64,000 bases of DNA from Promethearchaeota archaeon (GCA_048940925.1 JBHLOC010000007.1:1-64000); one strand, 5' to 3'; positions 50,737 to 61,521 are shown, counted from the stretch's first letter. Notes: generated by a model from the sequence alone, not told the origin. Program-made: numbers and translations.

Positions 50737-51002
50737 ACTAATTTTTCCTTTTTTATTTTACTCTATTAGAAATAGAAAAATCTTGAATAATAATGAGTGA
50801 TATTTTGTCTGATTTTGAAAAGAATACATTATATGTTAATTTATTTTTTAGTTGAAAGTACTATTGTTAGGTATAATCAGAAAAAGATTTTTCAAATTTT
50901 ATTATAAGCTAGATCTAAATTCTTAAATAATTCTACGATAAAATAAAATTAATTAATAAATGATTTTGTTCTATACTAAAAAAAAAGAGAAAGTGAAATT
51001 TA

Positions 51003-51467
51003 ATGGCTGATTTTAAAATACGTAAGATTTTGATATCAATACTATTAATTATTGTGATCTTACTTTACTTATTTATTTCAATTTTGACTTTTATATCTGT
51101 TCTAGAAGCAACACCCATAGCAGCACTAGTATTAAGATTGTTTCAAAATTTAAGCTATCTCGGATTTGGTTTTGCAGCAAATCTTGCATTTTTGATTATA
51201 CCCATAGTAATTATTTTAATGCTAAATTCAAAAAAATTTGACATTGAAAAAAGTGTTTTATTTTCTAGGATATTGGCTATTATATCATGTGTCATAAATT
51301 TTGCGATATTCCTATTAAATCTAATGTTTTTAACATGGGTAAGTGATCAATCAGGGGCAGGTAGTGAGGAAGTAACGAGTTTAACCACATTTCCAGTAAT
51401 GTATATCATTCTTTTAATCATTAATTTGATAACTTATCTCTTAATGACTATAAAAACAAATTTATAA
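51003..51467 (+). CDS. Hypothetical 4-TM membrane protein
   Basis: Hydrophobic segments. Confidence 0.65.
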   Translation: MADFKIRKILISILLIIVILLYLFISILTFISVLEATPIAALVLRLFQNLSYLGFGFAANLAFLIIPIVIILMLNSKKFDIEKSVLFSRILAIISCVINFAIFLLNLMFLTWVSDQSGAGSEEVTSLTTFPVMYIILLIINLITYLLMTIKTNL

Positions 51468-51619
51468 TCTCAAAAATTATTTTTTTTTTGAAACCTTAAT
51501 TACTATGCAAATTTTAAATCTAAAAAAAAATTTTTAAAAAAATAATTCAGATTATAAGATTTTTAAATCTTGTCAATAATATTTTACATTAATCATAACA
51601 AATTAAATAAGAGAGTGTA

Positions 51620-51859
51620 TTGAAATTGACTTTATGTTTTGTGTTAATGAAAATTAAAGCTGGTTTTGTCGAACATGTAGTAAATGAATTAGGTAAGTTA
51701 GAGGAAGTGAAGGAAACTTATCCAGTTACTGGTGGAATTGATATTATTGTTAAAGTAGAGGGAAAAGATGTTGAAACTATTGCCAAAACAATTTTAGCAA
51801 AGATTCATAAGATTGATGGTGTGAATAGGACTGAAACTCATATAGTTGTTTCCCTTTAG
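51620..51859 (+). CDS. Stand-alone Lrp/AsnC ligand-binding (RAM) domain
   Basis: 'EVKETYPVTGGIDIIVKV', 'IDGVNRTET'. Confidence 0.88.
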   Translation: MKLTLCFVLMKIKAGFVEHVVNELGKLEEVKETYPVTGGIDIIVKVEGKDVETIAKTILAKIHKIDGVNRTETHIVVSL

Positions 51860-51890
51860 AATAAAAAATTAATAATAAGGTAGCTTATAC

Positions 51891-52631
51891 ATGGTTGAAT
51901 ATAATCGACAAGTGGATTATTCTATGCCGCGACAGTGTGGTCTTTATCCTCCACCTCCTATAGAGTACTTAAATGCACGTGCTCTTGTATTAATATTACA
52001 ATGTTCCCCAAACATTAAAAAACAATATATACCACCTGAACTCGAATCGATAGATGATGGTTTTGATATATTCATTATCTTGGAGTATCCGAATACTACA
52101 ATTGGTCCTTATAATGAATGTATAATGCTATTGAATTGTAAATATAAAGATATACCTGGAGTTTATGTATTCAGTATTTATGTTGATGATGATGTAGCAT
52201 TAACCGCAGGGAGAGAAATTTGGGGAATTCCCAAAAAAATGGCTAAAATTGAATTATCTTCGATCCAGAATAATAAAATAACAGGAAAGATAAGTCGTAA
52301 AGGAACTATTTTATTTGATGTTGAAGTTGAGATCAAAAAGGAAGCTCCTGGAATGGACCCTAAAGCTATGTTTGAAGCTTTACCTTTTTATAATTTGAAA
52401 TTAATTCCTGATGTTGCAAATAATACTAAACCTGCACTTCGACAAATAACAGAAACAGTCTTGGTATTAGGAGATATACATAAACAAAATCTTGCAATAC
52501 TGAATTATTTTAAGACCAATCCTTCTCAATATGACATCGTAGATGAGATATTAAAAGATGCTACTAAGGATTTAGGAGGTTTTTATGTGGAATATGACTT
52601 TATTCTGCCAAATGGTAGAGTATTAGAATAA
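51891..52631 (+). CDS. Acetoacetate decarboxylase-like family protein
   Basis: 'GPYNE', 'AGREIWGIPKK' (Schiff-base Lys). Confidence 0.9.
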   Translation: MVEYNRQVDYSMPRQCGLYPPPPIEYLNARALVLILQCSPNIKKQYIPPELESIDDGFDIFIILEYPNTTIGPYNECIMLLNCKYKDIPGVYVFSIYVDDDVALTAGREIWGIPKKMAKIELSSIQNNKITGKISRKGTILFDVEVEIKKEAPGMDPKAMFEALPFYNLKLIPDVANNTKPALRQITETVLVLGDIHKQNLAILNYFKTNPSQYDIVDEILKDATKDLGGFYVEYDFILPNGRVLE

Positions 52632-52680
52632 TGAAATTAAGATTTAAAAAAAAGTATAATAAAAATTTTAATCTATCATA

Positions 52681-53283
52681 TTAGCGAAATTTCTTATACA
52701 TATTAAACACACTCAATGCCACATAGCCAAGCGCAGTAAATACAGTAAACCATTCTAAAATTGGAGTATTTATAAAGAAAACAAATAGTAAATTAATTAT
52801 AGCAACCATAATTCCATACAAAGCAATCCATTTCATGAATTTAGGATGGAAATACAATGTTAACGATGCTAAAACCAAAACAATAAGATTAACTTCAAAA
52901 AATACATTAGACCAATATATATGTGGAGAGGGAAAATCCTCGGAAAAAACACCAATCATTATTAATGCAAAACCAGAAAAAGATCCAATAAATTGAGTTA
53001 CTATTAAAAGTACTTTATACCATAAATCCTCTCTATACCATTTGTATAATCCTATAAAGAATGGAAATAGTATTATTCCGGTTAAGATACAGCCTAAATT
53101 ATATAAAACTGCGCCATTTGGATTATAGCTCGAATTACCTAGATCACTTAACCAATTATCGAAAGCGCTAAAAGGAGGGGGAAATAAAGCTAGAGATAAA
53201 AATGTAAACACACAATAAAAAGCTATCACCAAAATACCAGCATAACAACTAATAGGCCACTTTAATTTAAGATTTACTTTCAT
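52681..53283 (-). CDS. DUF998/Frag1-like membrane protein
   Basis: 'NWLSDLG', 'YN.G.IL.G', 'IGVF.E....H', 'EW'. Confidence 0.75.
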   Translation of the reverse strand: MKVNLKLKWPISCYAGILVIAFYCVFTFLSLALFPPPFSAFDNWLSDLGNSSYNPNGAVLYNLGCILTGIILFPFFIGLYKWYREDLWYKVLLIVTQFIGSFSGFALIMIGVFSEDFPSPHIYWSNVFFEVNLIVLVLASLTLYFHPKFMKWIALYGIMVAIINLLFVFFINTPILEWFTVFTALGYVALSVFNMYKKFR

Positions 53284-53350
53284 ACAAATACTATATTAAT
53301 ACGTTTATTTTAAAGGCTATAATCAAGATTAATTTTTAATTTCTTTAGTT

Positions 53351-54376
53351 TTATTTGTCTGTTTCAATATCTATGGTCTCTTCTTCCAATTCATAAGGTT
53401 TTGATGGTTTTGACTTATCAAAGGGCTCATTGCAAACCCAGCACATATTTTCTGTATTACTAAGCTCTTCAGAACATTTAATACAATAAAGTGCGCTGCA
53501 TTTGGGGCAGATATAATTTATCCCCGATACATCTCCTTTACAAACAAGGCATATTTTTCTTTCACGATGGAATGTGACTTCTTCTTCTGTTATAAGTTCT
53601 GGTCTTTTAGTAAGTCTAAACAATGAATCTTCTATTTTAATCTCCTTTTTAACTTTTTTCTTTTCACGCTCTTCAGGTTCTTCTCTTAACCCCAAATATA
53701 CAAACAAGAAACTAGTCATAGCCCCTAGTCTAACTAAAATTAGAACTATACTTGACGTAAAACTATCTAGCATTCCAAATCCAACTACTAAAAAAACCGA
53801 TATTGACAAGTAGAAAAATTTTTTTCTGATTATGCCTTCCGATTTAAAAGCTTTATAAATATATCCAACTCCTGCAAAACATAGAAGTATAAGAAAATTA
53901 AGTAATCCTAAAAAACTGGAGATACTTGCGGGATTTAGTCCTGCTTTATGAATGAACCCCGTCTCAGGAGGTTCTATAAAAACAACGTTTCCTAAGGGAT
54001 TTAAAATTGTTCCGATCATTGTAAAGCTAACATAAGCAAAATATGGAATTAAAATATACCATCTCTTTTTGGGAGCAATGAATTCTGCTGCTATATAAAT
54101 TAAAAGAATACTAGCAATAGGGGCACTTAGCCACATTATATATACATAAAGAACTTTATTGATACTATTGGATGTTAACAATACAGAGAAAAAATCAACC
54201 ACAATTGGCATCCAAGCTGTAGCTACAAATATTTGACCTAAACTATAAAAAGTAAGAAGCCTAATTTTTAGTTTTCTTGATTTGTAGAAATAATAAATTC
54301 CTAAACTATAGCCAAATATAAGAATTCCAAAAGTAGATAAACCAATAAGCCAATCCTCACTAGAGAAATCAACCAT
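53351..54376 (-). CDS. 7-TM membrane protein with a C-terminal C4C4 RING-like zinc finger
   Basis: About 7 TM, then CLVC-x10-CPKC-x4-CIKC-x10-CWVC. Confidence 0.8.
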   Translation of the reverse strand: MVDFSSEDWLIGLSTFGILIFGYSLGIYYFYKSRKLKIRLLTFYSLGQIFVATAWMPIVVDFFSVLLTSNSINKVLYVYIMWLSAPIASILLIYIAAEFIAPKKRWYILIPYFAYVSFTMIGTILNPLGNVVFIEPPETGFIHKAGLNPASISSFLGLLNFLILLCFAGVGYIYKAFKSEGIIRKKFFYLSISVFLVVGFGMLDSFTSSIVLILVRLGAMTSFLFVYLGLREEPEEREKKKVKKEIKIEDSLFRLTKRPELITEEEVTFHRERKICLVCKGDVSGINYICPKCSALYCIKCSEELSNTENMCWVCNEPFDKSKPSKPYELEEETIDIETDK

Positions 54377-54524
54377 TGTAAAAATCGTCCTCTTTTTTTA
54401 TTAGATTCAGTTAATTAAATTTTATATATATAATTAGATTACTGAGTTTATAAATGTATTAATTAAAAGAGCTAAAATTTAGGATAAAAAAAAAAAGAGA
54501 ACCAATTATTAGAATCTCAATTTT

Positions 54525-55115
54525 TTAATAAACTTTAAAGATTACTTGTTCTATAGAACGTTTTGGCACATGCATGCGTCCTTCATCATCTTTCCAGTAT
54601 TTAAAAGAATCTTTATAGGATTCCATGACAGATTCTTCATCAGGATAACCTAGACTAATAACTTGCTTTATTTCGTAATATTCAGGAATTTCAAGCAATT
54701 CTCTAATTTTCTTTGCATTGATATTAGCCATCCAGCAACTTCCTATCCCAAAATTAAGAGCTCCAAGCAAAATATTTTCAACAGCAGCACCAACATCAAA
54801 ATCAACAAAAGATCTTTTAATTTTAGTATTTACAAGTACAATTATATAAGCAGTAGGTTCTCTTCCGCTTTCAGGAGTTCTCTGATCCTTAGGAAGCGAA
54901 CTTGCCCAATTCACTAATGGAAATAATTTTTGTCTCATTTTACTATTTTCTATAATAATAAATTCTAAAGCCTGGATATTGCTTGCCATAGGAGCAACAC
55001 GAGCAAAATCCACTAGTTTTTTTAAAATATCTAATGTAACTGGATCTTGTTTAAATCTTCTAATTGTTCGTCTTTTATATATAATTTCTTCAAAATTCAT
55101 TTTAGATTCCTTCAT
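54525..55115 (-). CDS. Nitroreductase family protein
   Basis: 'RRTIRRF', 'APMASNIQ', 'GIGSCW', 'LGYP', 'PKR'. Confidence 0.92.
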   Translation of the reverse strand: MKESKMNFEEIIYKRRTIRRFKQDPVTLDILKKLVDFARVAPMASNIQALEFIIIENSKMRQKLFPLVNWASSLPKDQRTPESGREPTAYIIVLVNTKIKRSFVDFDVGAAVENILLGALNFGIGSCWMANINAKKIRELLEIPEYYEIKQVISLGYPDEESVMESYKDSFKYWKDDEGRMHVPKRSIEQVIFKVY

Positions 55116-55116
55116 T

Positions 55117-56160
55117 TTATGGAGTTTTTGATTTAATTATTGTTTCTACAACCTTATTAAAACTTGATTCTACATTTTTTCCTGTTAAAGCAGAAGTTTC
55201 AATATATTCTAGCTTGAGTTCCTTAGCAACATTTAAAGCCTCTTCTCTTTTTATTATTCTTTCAGTAGCAAGATCTTCTTTATTACCTAAAATAAATCCT
55301 ACCAAGCCAGATTCACTTTTTAAAAAATTCTTTATATCTTTATACCAATTTGGTATGCTTTCAAAAGATTTACGATTTGTTAAGTCAAAAATAAGTATCA
55401 CTGCTTCGAGTCCCTTATAAAAGTGGCGTCGCATGATATTGAATTTTTCTTGACCAGCTATGTCCCAGAGAATTAATTTTACTACGTTGTTACTAATTTT
55501 TATATTTTTTTCTGATATATTGACTCCAAGCGTAGGAATATATGTTCTTCTAAAAGCATTATCAGTAAAACGTAAAATTGTAGATGTTTTTCCTACTTCT
55601 GGGTCTCCACACACAATTATTTTGAAAATATAGATAGATTCTACTTCCTCTTTAGTTTTACCTTGAGGAAAAGCTTCTGAATCTAATAATGCTGTTTCTT
55701 TTTCTTGTAAGTCTTTTAAAATTTCAGAAATTCTACTATGAAGATTATTAATTTCAAAATAGATTTGATCACTCTTAACCCTTTGAGTTTCTAATTCAAC
55801 AATCTTATCAGCACTCTCACAAATTGTAGAATCAAGATACTCTAGATATTTATAGAAGATAATATCATGTGCTTCATCAAATAATAAAGCGATTGAAGAT
55901 ATTGCAACCTTTCCACGACGACTTTTATCTTCTCGTTCAATATATTTAATAATGCCTTTTAATTTGAATGAGGGAAAAGGCATAATTACTAGAGAACTTG
56001 GTATTACTCCATTATCTGTGGTAAGCATTGTAATTATCTTAATGCTTACGGACATGCGGATTTTCTCAGATAAATCAAGTGGATACCAAAGTAGAGGATT
56101 TGGACCCACATTTTCATCTAGTGTCGTGTAAATTATTGAGTTAATTATATCTTCCGACAT
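55117..56160 (-). CDS. Rab-like small GTPase with an N-terminal longin/uDENN-like domain
   Basis: G1 GDPEVGKT, G2 PTLG, G3 WDIAGQE, G4 NKED, G5 ETSAL; N-terminal 'LDENVGPNPLLWYP'. Confidence 0.9.
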   Translation of the reverse strand: MSEDIINSIIYTTLDENVGPNPLLWYPLDLSEKIRMSVSIKIITMLTTDNGVIPSSLVIMPFPSFKLKGIIKYIEREDKSRRGKVAISSIALLFDEAHDIIFYKYLEYLDSTICESADKIVELETQRVKSDQIYFEINNLHSRISEILKDLQEKETALLDSEAFPQGKTKEEVESIYIFKIIVCGDPEVGKTSTILRFTDNAFRRTYIPTLGVNISEKNIKISNNVVKLILWDIAGQEKFNIMRRHFYKGLEAVILIFDLTNRKSFESIPNWYKDIKNFLKSESGLVGFILGNKEDLATERIIKREEALNVAKELKLEYIETSALTGKNVESSFNKVVETIIKSKTP

Positions 56161-56385
56161 TATTAGCTGTAAATATTGAATATATCTAGTAAGATTTTAC
56201 CCTTTATTGATTTTTCTGTATTGAATATGATAAATTGAAGATTCATTAAAATTCTAATTATATTATGCTAATATTAAGAATTCTTCGTAAAAGGTCTGTT
56301 TCACGAAGTATTAAAATAGGATTTTTAACATTTTTAAATAAATTTTTATTTAATAGTTTTAATTTTAAAATGAAAATAAGAAGGA

Positions 56386-57210
56386 ATGATAATGACAGTT
56401 ATTCTTAGAAATCCAAATGATTCAGAAATTATACATGCAATTGAGTATAATTCATACGAATGTATGAAAAATATGATGAATGAATATAAAGATAAATTTC
56501 AGAATCTTAAGGATATAGAATATGAAGAGAGCGAAGAGTACTTCAAAGTTTATTCCGGAATTCCATTTCCTATGGCCAATGGAGTGATTAATACTAAACT
56601 TACTTCTGAAATTGCTGAGAAAAAAATTAACCAAATTATTACTTATTTTGAAGATAAGAATATTCCATTTGCTTGGGTGGTTGGTCCATCAAGTGAACCA
56701 AAAGATTTAGGAGAGTTGTTAGCAAATAAAGGATTTATTCCAGTACAAAAAGCCCCAGGGATGGCTTGTAATCTTAAAAATTTAATTTACAAAACTGAGC
56801 CTTTAGTTAATTTAAAAATAGTGAAGGTTAAAAATTTTGAGATGTTGAAATTATGGGCAGATGTATGCATAACTGCTGCAGAGTGGCCAAAAGAATTATT
56901 ACTCGATCTTTGGCTTACTATAAGTTCACCCGATAATGCGTTTTTGGCTTATTATGATGGCAAACCTGTTGCTACCTCTTATGTATTTTATGGTGCTGGT
57001 GTTGCAGGGATTTATAATGTTGGGACATTGGAGGATGTAAGAAATAAAGGAATTGGTACCGCTATATCGTTAGCACCCCTATATCAAGCTAAGAAATTAG
57101 GATATGAAATTGCTATTTTACAATCTTCTGAAATGGGATTAAATATATATAAAAAAATAGGATTCAAAGAATATTGTAAAATGGAGACATTTATTTGGAG
57201 TCCTAGTTAA
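56386..57210 (+). CDS. GNAT acetyltransferase
   Basis: 'VGTLEDVRNKGIG', 'IYKKIGF'. Confidence 0.9.
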   Translation: MIMTVILRNPNDSEIIHAIEYNSYECMKNMMNEYKDKFQNLKDIEYEESEEYFKVYSGIPFPMANGVINTKLTSEIAEKKINQIITYFEDKNIPFAWVVGPSSEPKDLGELLANKGFIPVQKAPGMACNLKNLIYKTEPLVNLKIVKVKNFEMLKLWADVCITAAEWPKELLLDLWLTISSPDNAFLAYYDGKPVATSYVFYGAGVAGIYNVGTLEDVRNKGIGTAISLAPLYQAKKLGYEIAILQSSEMGLNIYKKIGFKEYCKMETFIWSPS

Positions 57211-57360
57211 ACACCATAAATTAAATGTAAATATTTTGAATTATTAAGTCTCTAATTTGAATTTCTGATGGTACACCCATAATTAAAATTATTTTTAAAT
57301 GATTTACAAATTGAGTTTTTAAAAAAAAAAATAAATTTAATAATTTAAGATTGAAGCCAT

Positions 57361-58296
57361 TTAGGAGTTTATTTTATGTAGTTTTTTGAGTTTAAAAAGC
57401 ATAAATACTGAGATTGTACTTATAATTCCAATTAGTAAGAATAGGTCATAACCAGGAATCATACTTTTAGAATCTTCAGAAAACTTAATTATTTCATAAT
57501 TTTCAAATGGTTCTACCAATGGGTATCTATCAATGAGTAATTCATATGAATCATAATAAATCTGGGGATCATCTCCGATACCATCATTATTATTATCAGT
57601 ATTTTGGCTAAGACCAGCCCAGTAATTACCTAAATATTTATCAAATGTATTACCCTTATATATGTAAGTTGCTTTTTTTGGTGAATGAAACCTATAGGCT
57701 GTCTCATCTTTTATTAAAATAAAAAGATCCATCTGTTTACCCATAAGATTATTGAGATACATAATTGTCCCGTAACAGATTCCAAGATATAAACCTCTCT
57801 TACCCGTCAACCTATTTCCCATAATGATATTATTATCACTTCGATTTAAGAAAAATCCAAAAGCGTCTCCAGTTACATTATTATTAATTAATTGCCCATT
57901 ATCAACATCAATTAATTTAACTCCGGCATCATAGTATTCATCTCCAGTATTATTAAAATAACAATTTTCTATCTTAAAATACTCATCAGAGTTTTCAATC
58001 AGTATGCAACTTCCTGATGCTCCACCATCTATTTCTAAATTTTCTATAACATAAGGACTGGACTCTTTACCTGAACCTGTACATATTCCTGCAGATTTAG
58101 TGTCAGACCAATTATTATCAATGTGAATTTTCTCGAAATTTTTAGAGACTTTTAAATTTTCGTTATTAATATTAGAACTTGGGTTACTTTCCGTCTTAAT
58201 ACATAGATTATTGTTAACTATAGTTATGGAGGATATAACAAAGATAACTCCTAAAGTCAATAGAATAAATATTTTCATTTTCGAATGCAAATTCAT
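57361..58296 (-). CDS. Surface beta-helix (NosD/CASH-like) protein with Loki-CTERM-like anchor
   Basis: N-terminal signal/TM, 'PYVIEN', 'GNYW', 'DGIGD', C-terminal 'IPGY'+TM+basic tail. Confidence 0.8.
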   Translation of the reverse strand: MNLHSKMKIFILLTLGVIFVISSITIVNNNLCIKTESNPSSNINNENLKVSKNFEKIHIDNNWSDTKSAGICTGSGKESSPYVIENLEIDGGASGSCILIENSDEYFKIENCYFNNTGDEYYDAGVKLIDVDNGQLINNNVTGDAFGFFLNRSDNNIIMGNRLTGKRGLYLGICYGTIMYLNNLMGKQMDLFILIKDETAYRFHSPKKATYIYKGNTFDKYLGNYWAGLSQNTDNNNDGIGDDPQIYYDSYELLIDRYPLVEPFENYEIIKFSEDSKSMIPGYDLFLLIGIISTISVFMLFKLKKLHKINS

Positions 58297-58426
58297 AGAA
58301 TTTCACTTAAAATAAATTAAGTTTTATTGTATTTTGATAATTCTCTGTCTTAGAGTAATATTTATATTTTTTTATCATAGATTTCATTATTCTAAATTTA
58401 ATAAATTATCAAATTATTTCATAATC

Positions 58427-59293
58427 ATGAAAAAAAAATGGTATAAAGGAAAAGTATTTGTTATAACTGGCGCTGCTGGAGATATTGGTTCTGAGGTCTG
58501 TCGTATTTTCGCGCCATTAGGGATGAGAATGTATCTGTTAGATCTTCCCAATACTCCATTGAATGGATTAAAAATAGAATTACAAGAATTAGGGGCTGAA
58601 TATGTCGAGACTTATGAGTTTGATCTAACAAATCGAATACAAGTAGAATCGGTAATCAAGGAGATTGGTGAAAAGGAACACTATATTGACATTCTACATA
58701 ATAATGCAGGTATCGGTTCGACTTGTTCAATAACTAATGGTGGGTCATTTGAAGAATATCGAAAGCTTATGTCAATAAATGTGGATGGAATATGGCTTGT
58801 ACTTCAAGCTGCGCTTCCTTACATAGGACGTCCTGCACCAAAAAGAAAATTTTCAGAACGAAAAGAAGGGCAACTCATATTTACTTCAAGTTCAGCAGGT
58901 AAAACGGGTATTCCTGGCATGGCAGCATATAGTATGAGTAAATATGCTATAATTGGATTAGCAAACTCTCTTAGGTTAGAATATAGAGTGCAAAATCATA
59001 ATATTCAGGTGATAACAATATGTCCTGCACCAGCAAAAACAAAATTCTGGAATGCAACTTCTGGTTTGAAAGAATGGATTGAAAAATACAAAAAGATGGG
59101 TTTTCTTTACAAGTTTGTTGATGTTAAAAATATTGCGAAAACAATTCTAAAGGCATCACGTAAATATAAAAGAGAAGTTTTTGTTCCTCGATGGTGGTGG
59201 TTATTAGCATATTTGCAACTTAATAGTCATAAAGCTGTTGGAACATTATTAATAAAAATTGAAAAAAAAAAGGCAAATTTGCTTAAAAATTAG
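58427..59293 (+). CDS. Short-chain dehydrogenase/reductase
   Basis: 'TGAAGDIG', 'NNAG', 'YSMSK'; ATG 58427 preferred. Confidence 0.92.
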   Translation: MKKKWYKGKVFVITGAAGDIGSEVCRIFAPLGMRMYLLDLPNTPLNGLKIELQELGAEYVETYEFDLTNRIQVESVIKEIGEKEHYIDILHNNAGIGSTCSITNGGSFEEYRKLMSINVDGIWLVLQAALPYIGRPAPKRKFSERKEGQLIFTSSSAGKTGIPGMAAYSMSKYAIIGLANSLRLEYRVQNHNIQVITICPAPAKTKFWNATSGLKEWIEKYKKMGFLYKFVDVKNIAKTILKASRKYKREVFVPRWWWLLAYLQLNSHKAVGTLLIKIEKKKANLLKN

Positions 59294-59403
59294 ATTTTTC
59301 ACATTTATCTTTTTTTTTTTAGGTTATTTAAAATATAAAAATACTTGCTAATTCAAATGTTAATAAAAAAAAAGTAATTCAATGGTATGTTTTTCTAGTT
59401 TAA

Positions 59404-60879
59404 TTACTTTTTTTTATTTATCAAATAAGTAAGCCCAATTATGCTGTTTACAATAATCACGATTAGAATCAAAAAACTATATCCCGAAATAGCTGGAAGC
59501 CCACCCTTCTTTTCAGGAGTTTCAGTAAATTTTGCTAGAAACATTTTATAATCTGTTGTTCCTGAGCTAAAATTGTGTCCTGCAACAAAATAGTTACCAG
59601 AAAAATCAGTATATAAATCAACGCATTGTAAAGATCTTGAAAATGCCTTTATCGGTTCCCCCCATTTAAAATACCATTGTTGAGCACCTGTATTATTGTA
59701 TTTAACTATAAAAATATCGCTTTTGGATCCCCTATCAGATCCCCCAATATAAAGATTTTCTGAAGAATCAAAAATTATTGATGAAGAAACCTCATCATTC
59801 GGTCCAATTAAACTGCGATTCCATTTTAAATTTCCTGAACTATCGAATTTCATTATAAACATATCAAATTCATATTGATCCAACATCTCGCTTCCAGTAA
59901 GATAAAGATTATTCAAATCATCAATTATTAAAGAAAGAGTTCCACCTAATATATCCGTTTCTATACAAGAAACATTCCATAATCGAGTACCATTAGTATC
60001 GAACTTTACAAGTGTAATATTACAATAATTTTGGTTATATTCATTACAACGTTTTCCAATAGTATAGACGTTATTTAAAGAATCTGAAACTAATGCATCA
60101 TAAAAACTTAAAGACTTCCAAGTAGTATTTGATAATAGATCACCAGAACTACTAAATTTCAATAAAAGATCATCAAAATCAGTAGAACCTCCAAGATAGA
60201 CGTTATTTGAAGAATCTGTGATTATTGAATATACACAATCATCACCAGATTTACCCCAAGTTCGATTCCAAAGCTGATTTCCGTCTTTATTATACTTTAC
60301 TAAAAAAATGTCATAACCATAGATAAGCCCAGTAATATAGATATTATCTGAAGAATCTATTGTCATTCCATAACAAGAAGCGAATCCTTCTACACCCTCC
60401 CAAATCTGTTCCCATTCTAATATACCCTCATTATTAAATTTCAAGAGATAAGAGAATTTTGAACCATTGCTGAATGTTGATCCTGCTATATATATATTGT
60501 CTTTTGAATCCAAAACCATATCAGTAAACATCTCTGCTTCGTTACCCCCCCATGTTGTATTCTGCCCAATGATCCATGTTCCTAACTCACTAATAGATTC
60601 ATTCAATTTGACTAAAAATATATCATGGTCTCCACTTTCCTCTATATATGTTTCCCCTGCAATGAAAATGTTTTGTGAAGAATCTACAACCATTCGACCC
60701 ATTTTAGCAAATTTATATCCAGACCAAACTTGAGTCCATTTATGTTGTAATTCATCAGATTTGGTTGAAGATGATTTTATGATGCAAACTGCAAAACTCG
60801 GCATTAGGAAGAGATTAAATATAAATATTATTAAGAAAATTAATTCTAATCTATTTTTTCTATTTTTCATGAATTTCAC
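59404..60879 (-). CDS. Secreted beta-propeller (SBBP-like repeat) protein with Loki-CTERM-like anchor
   Basis: About 7 repeats 'DSSDNIYITG..DIFLVKY...G...WN.TWG'; C-terminal 'ISGY'+TM+KKK. Confidence 0.85.
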   Translation of the reverse strand: MKFMKNRKNRLELIFLIIFIFNLFLMPSFAVCIIKSSSTKSDELQHKWTQVWSGYKFAKMGRMVVDSSQNIFIAGETYIEESGDHDIFLVKLNESISELGTWIIGQNTTWGGNEAEMFTDMVLDSKDNIYIAGSTFSNGSKFSYLLKFNNEGILEWEQIWEGVEGFASCYGMTIDSSDNIYITGLIYGYDIFLVKYNKDGNQLWNRTWGKSGDDCVYSIITDSSNNVYLGGSTDFDDLLLKFSSSGDLLSNTTWKSLSFYDALVSDSLNNVYTIGKRCNEYNQNYCNITLVKFDTNGTRLWNVSCIETDILGGTLSLIIDDLNNLYLTGSEMLDQYEFDMFIMKFDSSGNLKWNRSLIGPNDEVSSSIIFDSSENLYIGGSDRGSKSDIFIVKYNNTGAQQWYFKWGEPIKAFSRSLQCVDLYTDFSGNYFVAGHNFSSGTTDYKMFLAKFTETPEKKGGLPAISGYSFLILIVIIVNSIIGLTYLINKKK

Positions 60880-60990
60880 CTTTATTAAGATTATTTAATA
60901 TGATATTAACAGAACATAATATCAAAAGAAACTTAAGTAAAATTTATATAAAAATTTATCCATTTATGTAAATAGCAGAATATAGGAAAT

Positions 60991-61521
60991 ATGATTAGAT
61001 TTATGTATTATAGAGAAGCAATTATAAACGATGTTGCAGAAATTGTTAACGTTAAGGTAGACATATAGAAAACTGGCATATAAGGAGATTATTTCAAATA
61101 AATATCTTCAGAATATATCATATGAAGAGAATGAATTAAAATGGAAAAAAAGATTTGAGAATCTAAATAATAAATCAATTATATACGTAGCTGAAACAGA
61201 AAATCAAAAGATTGTAGGTTTTGCTTTAGCTCATTTAGAAAAAATCAATCCCATACCAGATTTACTTCAAATAAAAAAATTAGTAGGGGAATTAGGTGCA
61301 ATTTATGTTTTAAAAGAATTTCAGGGCAAAAAGATAAGAACTAAATTGGTTTAAAAAGTGGTATGATAGTATGGGTATTAAGAGATAATCCTTATCGTAG
61401 TTTTTTTGAAAAATTAGGAGGTAATTATTTAGGAGATCAATTTATTGAAATAGGATAAACTAAATATATTGAGGTTTCTTACGGGGGGGAAAATATTAAA
61501 CTAATTCTCAAGAAAATTTAG
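60991..61521 (+). pseudogene. Degraded GNAT acetyltransferase
   Basis: MIRFMYYREAIINDVAEIVNVKVDI*KT / AYKEII...IVGFA...ELGAIYVLKEFQGKKIRTKLV* / MIVWVLRDNPYRSFFEKLGG...IG*...; at least 3 stops and 2 frameshifts. Confidence 0.85.

Noticed and set aside
60991-61521. Possible pyrrolysine/stop-codon readthrough gene (in-frame TAG)
   Set aside because: Also contains TAA stops and frameshifts, so it is a pseudogene
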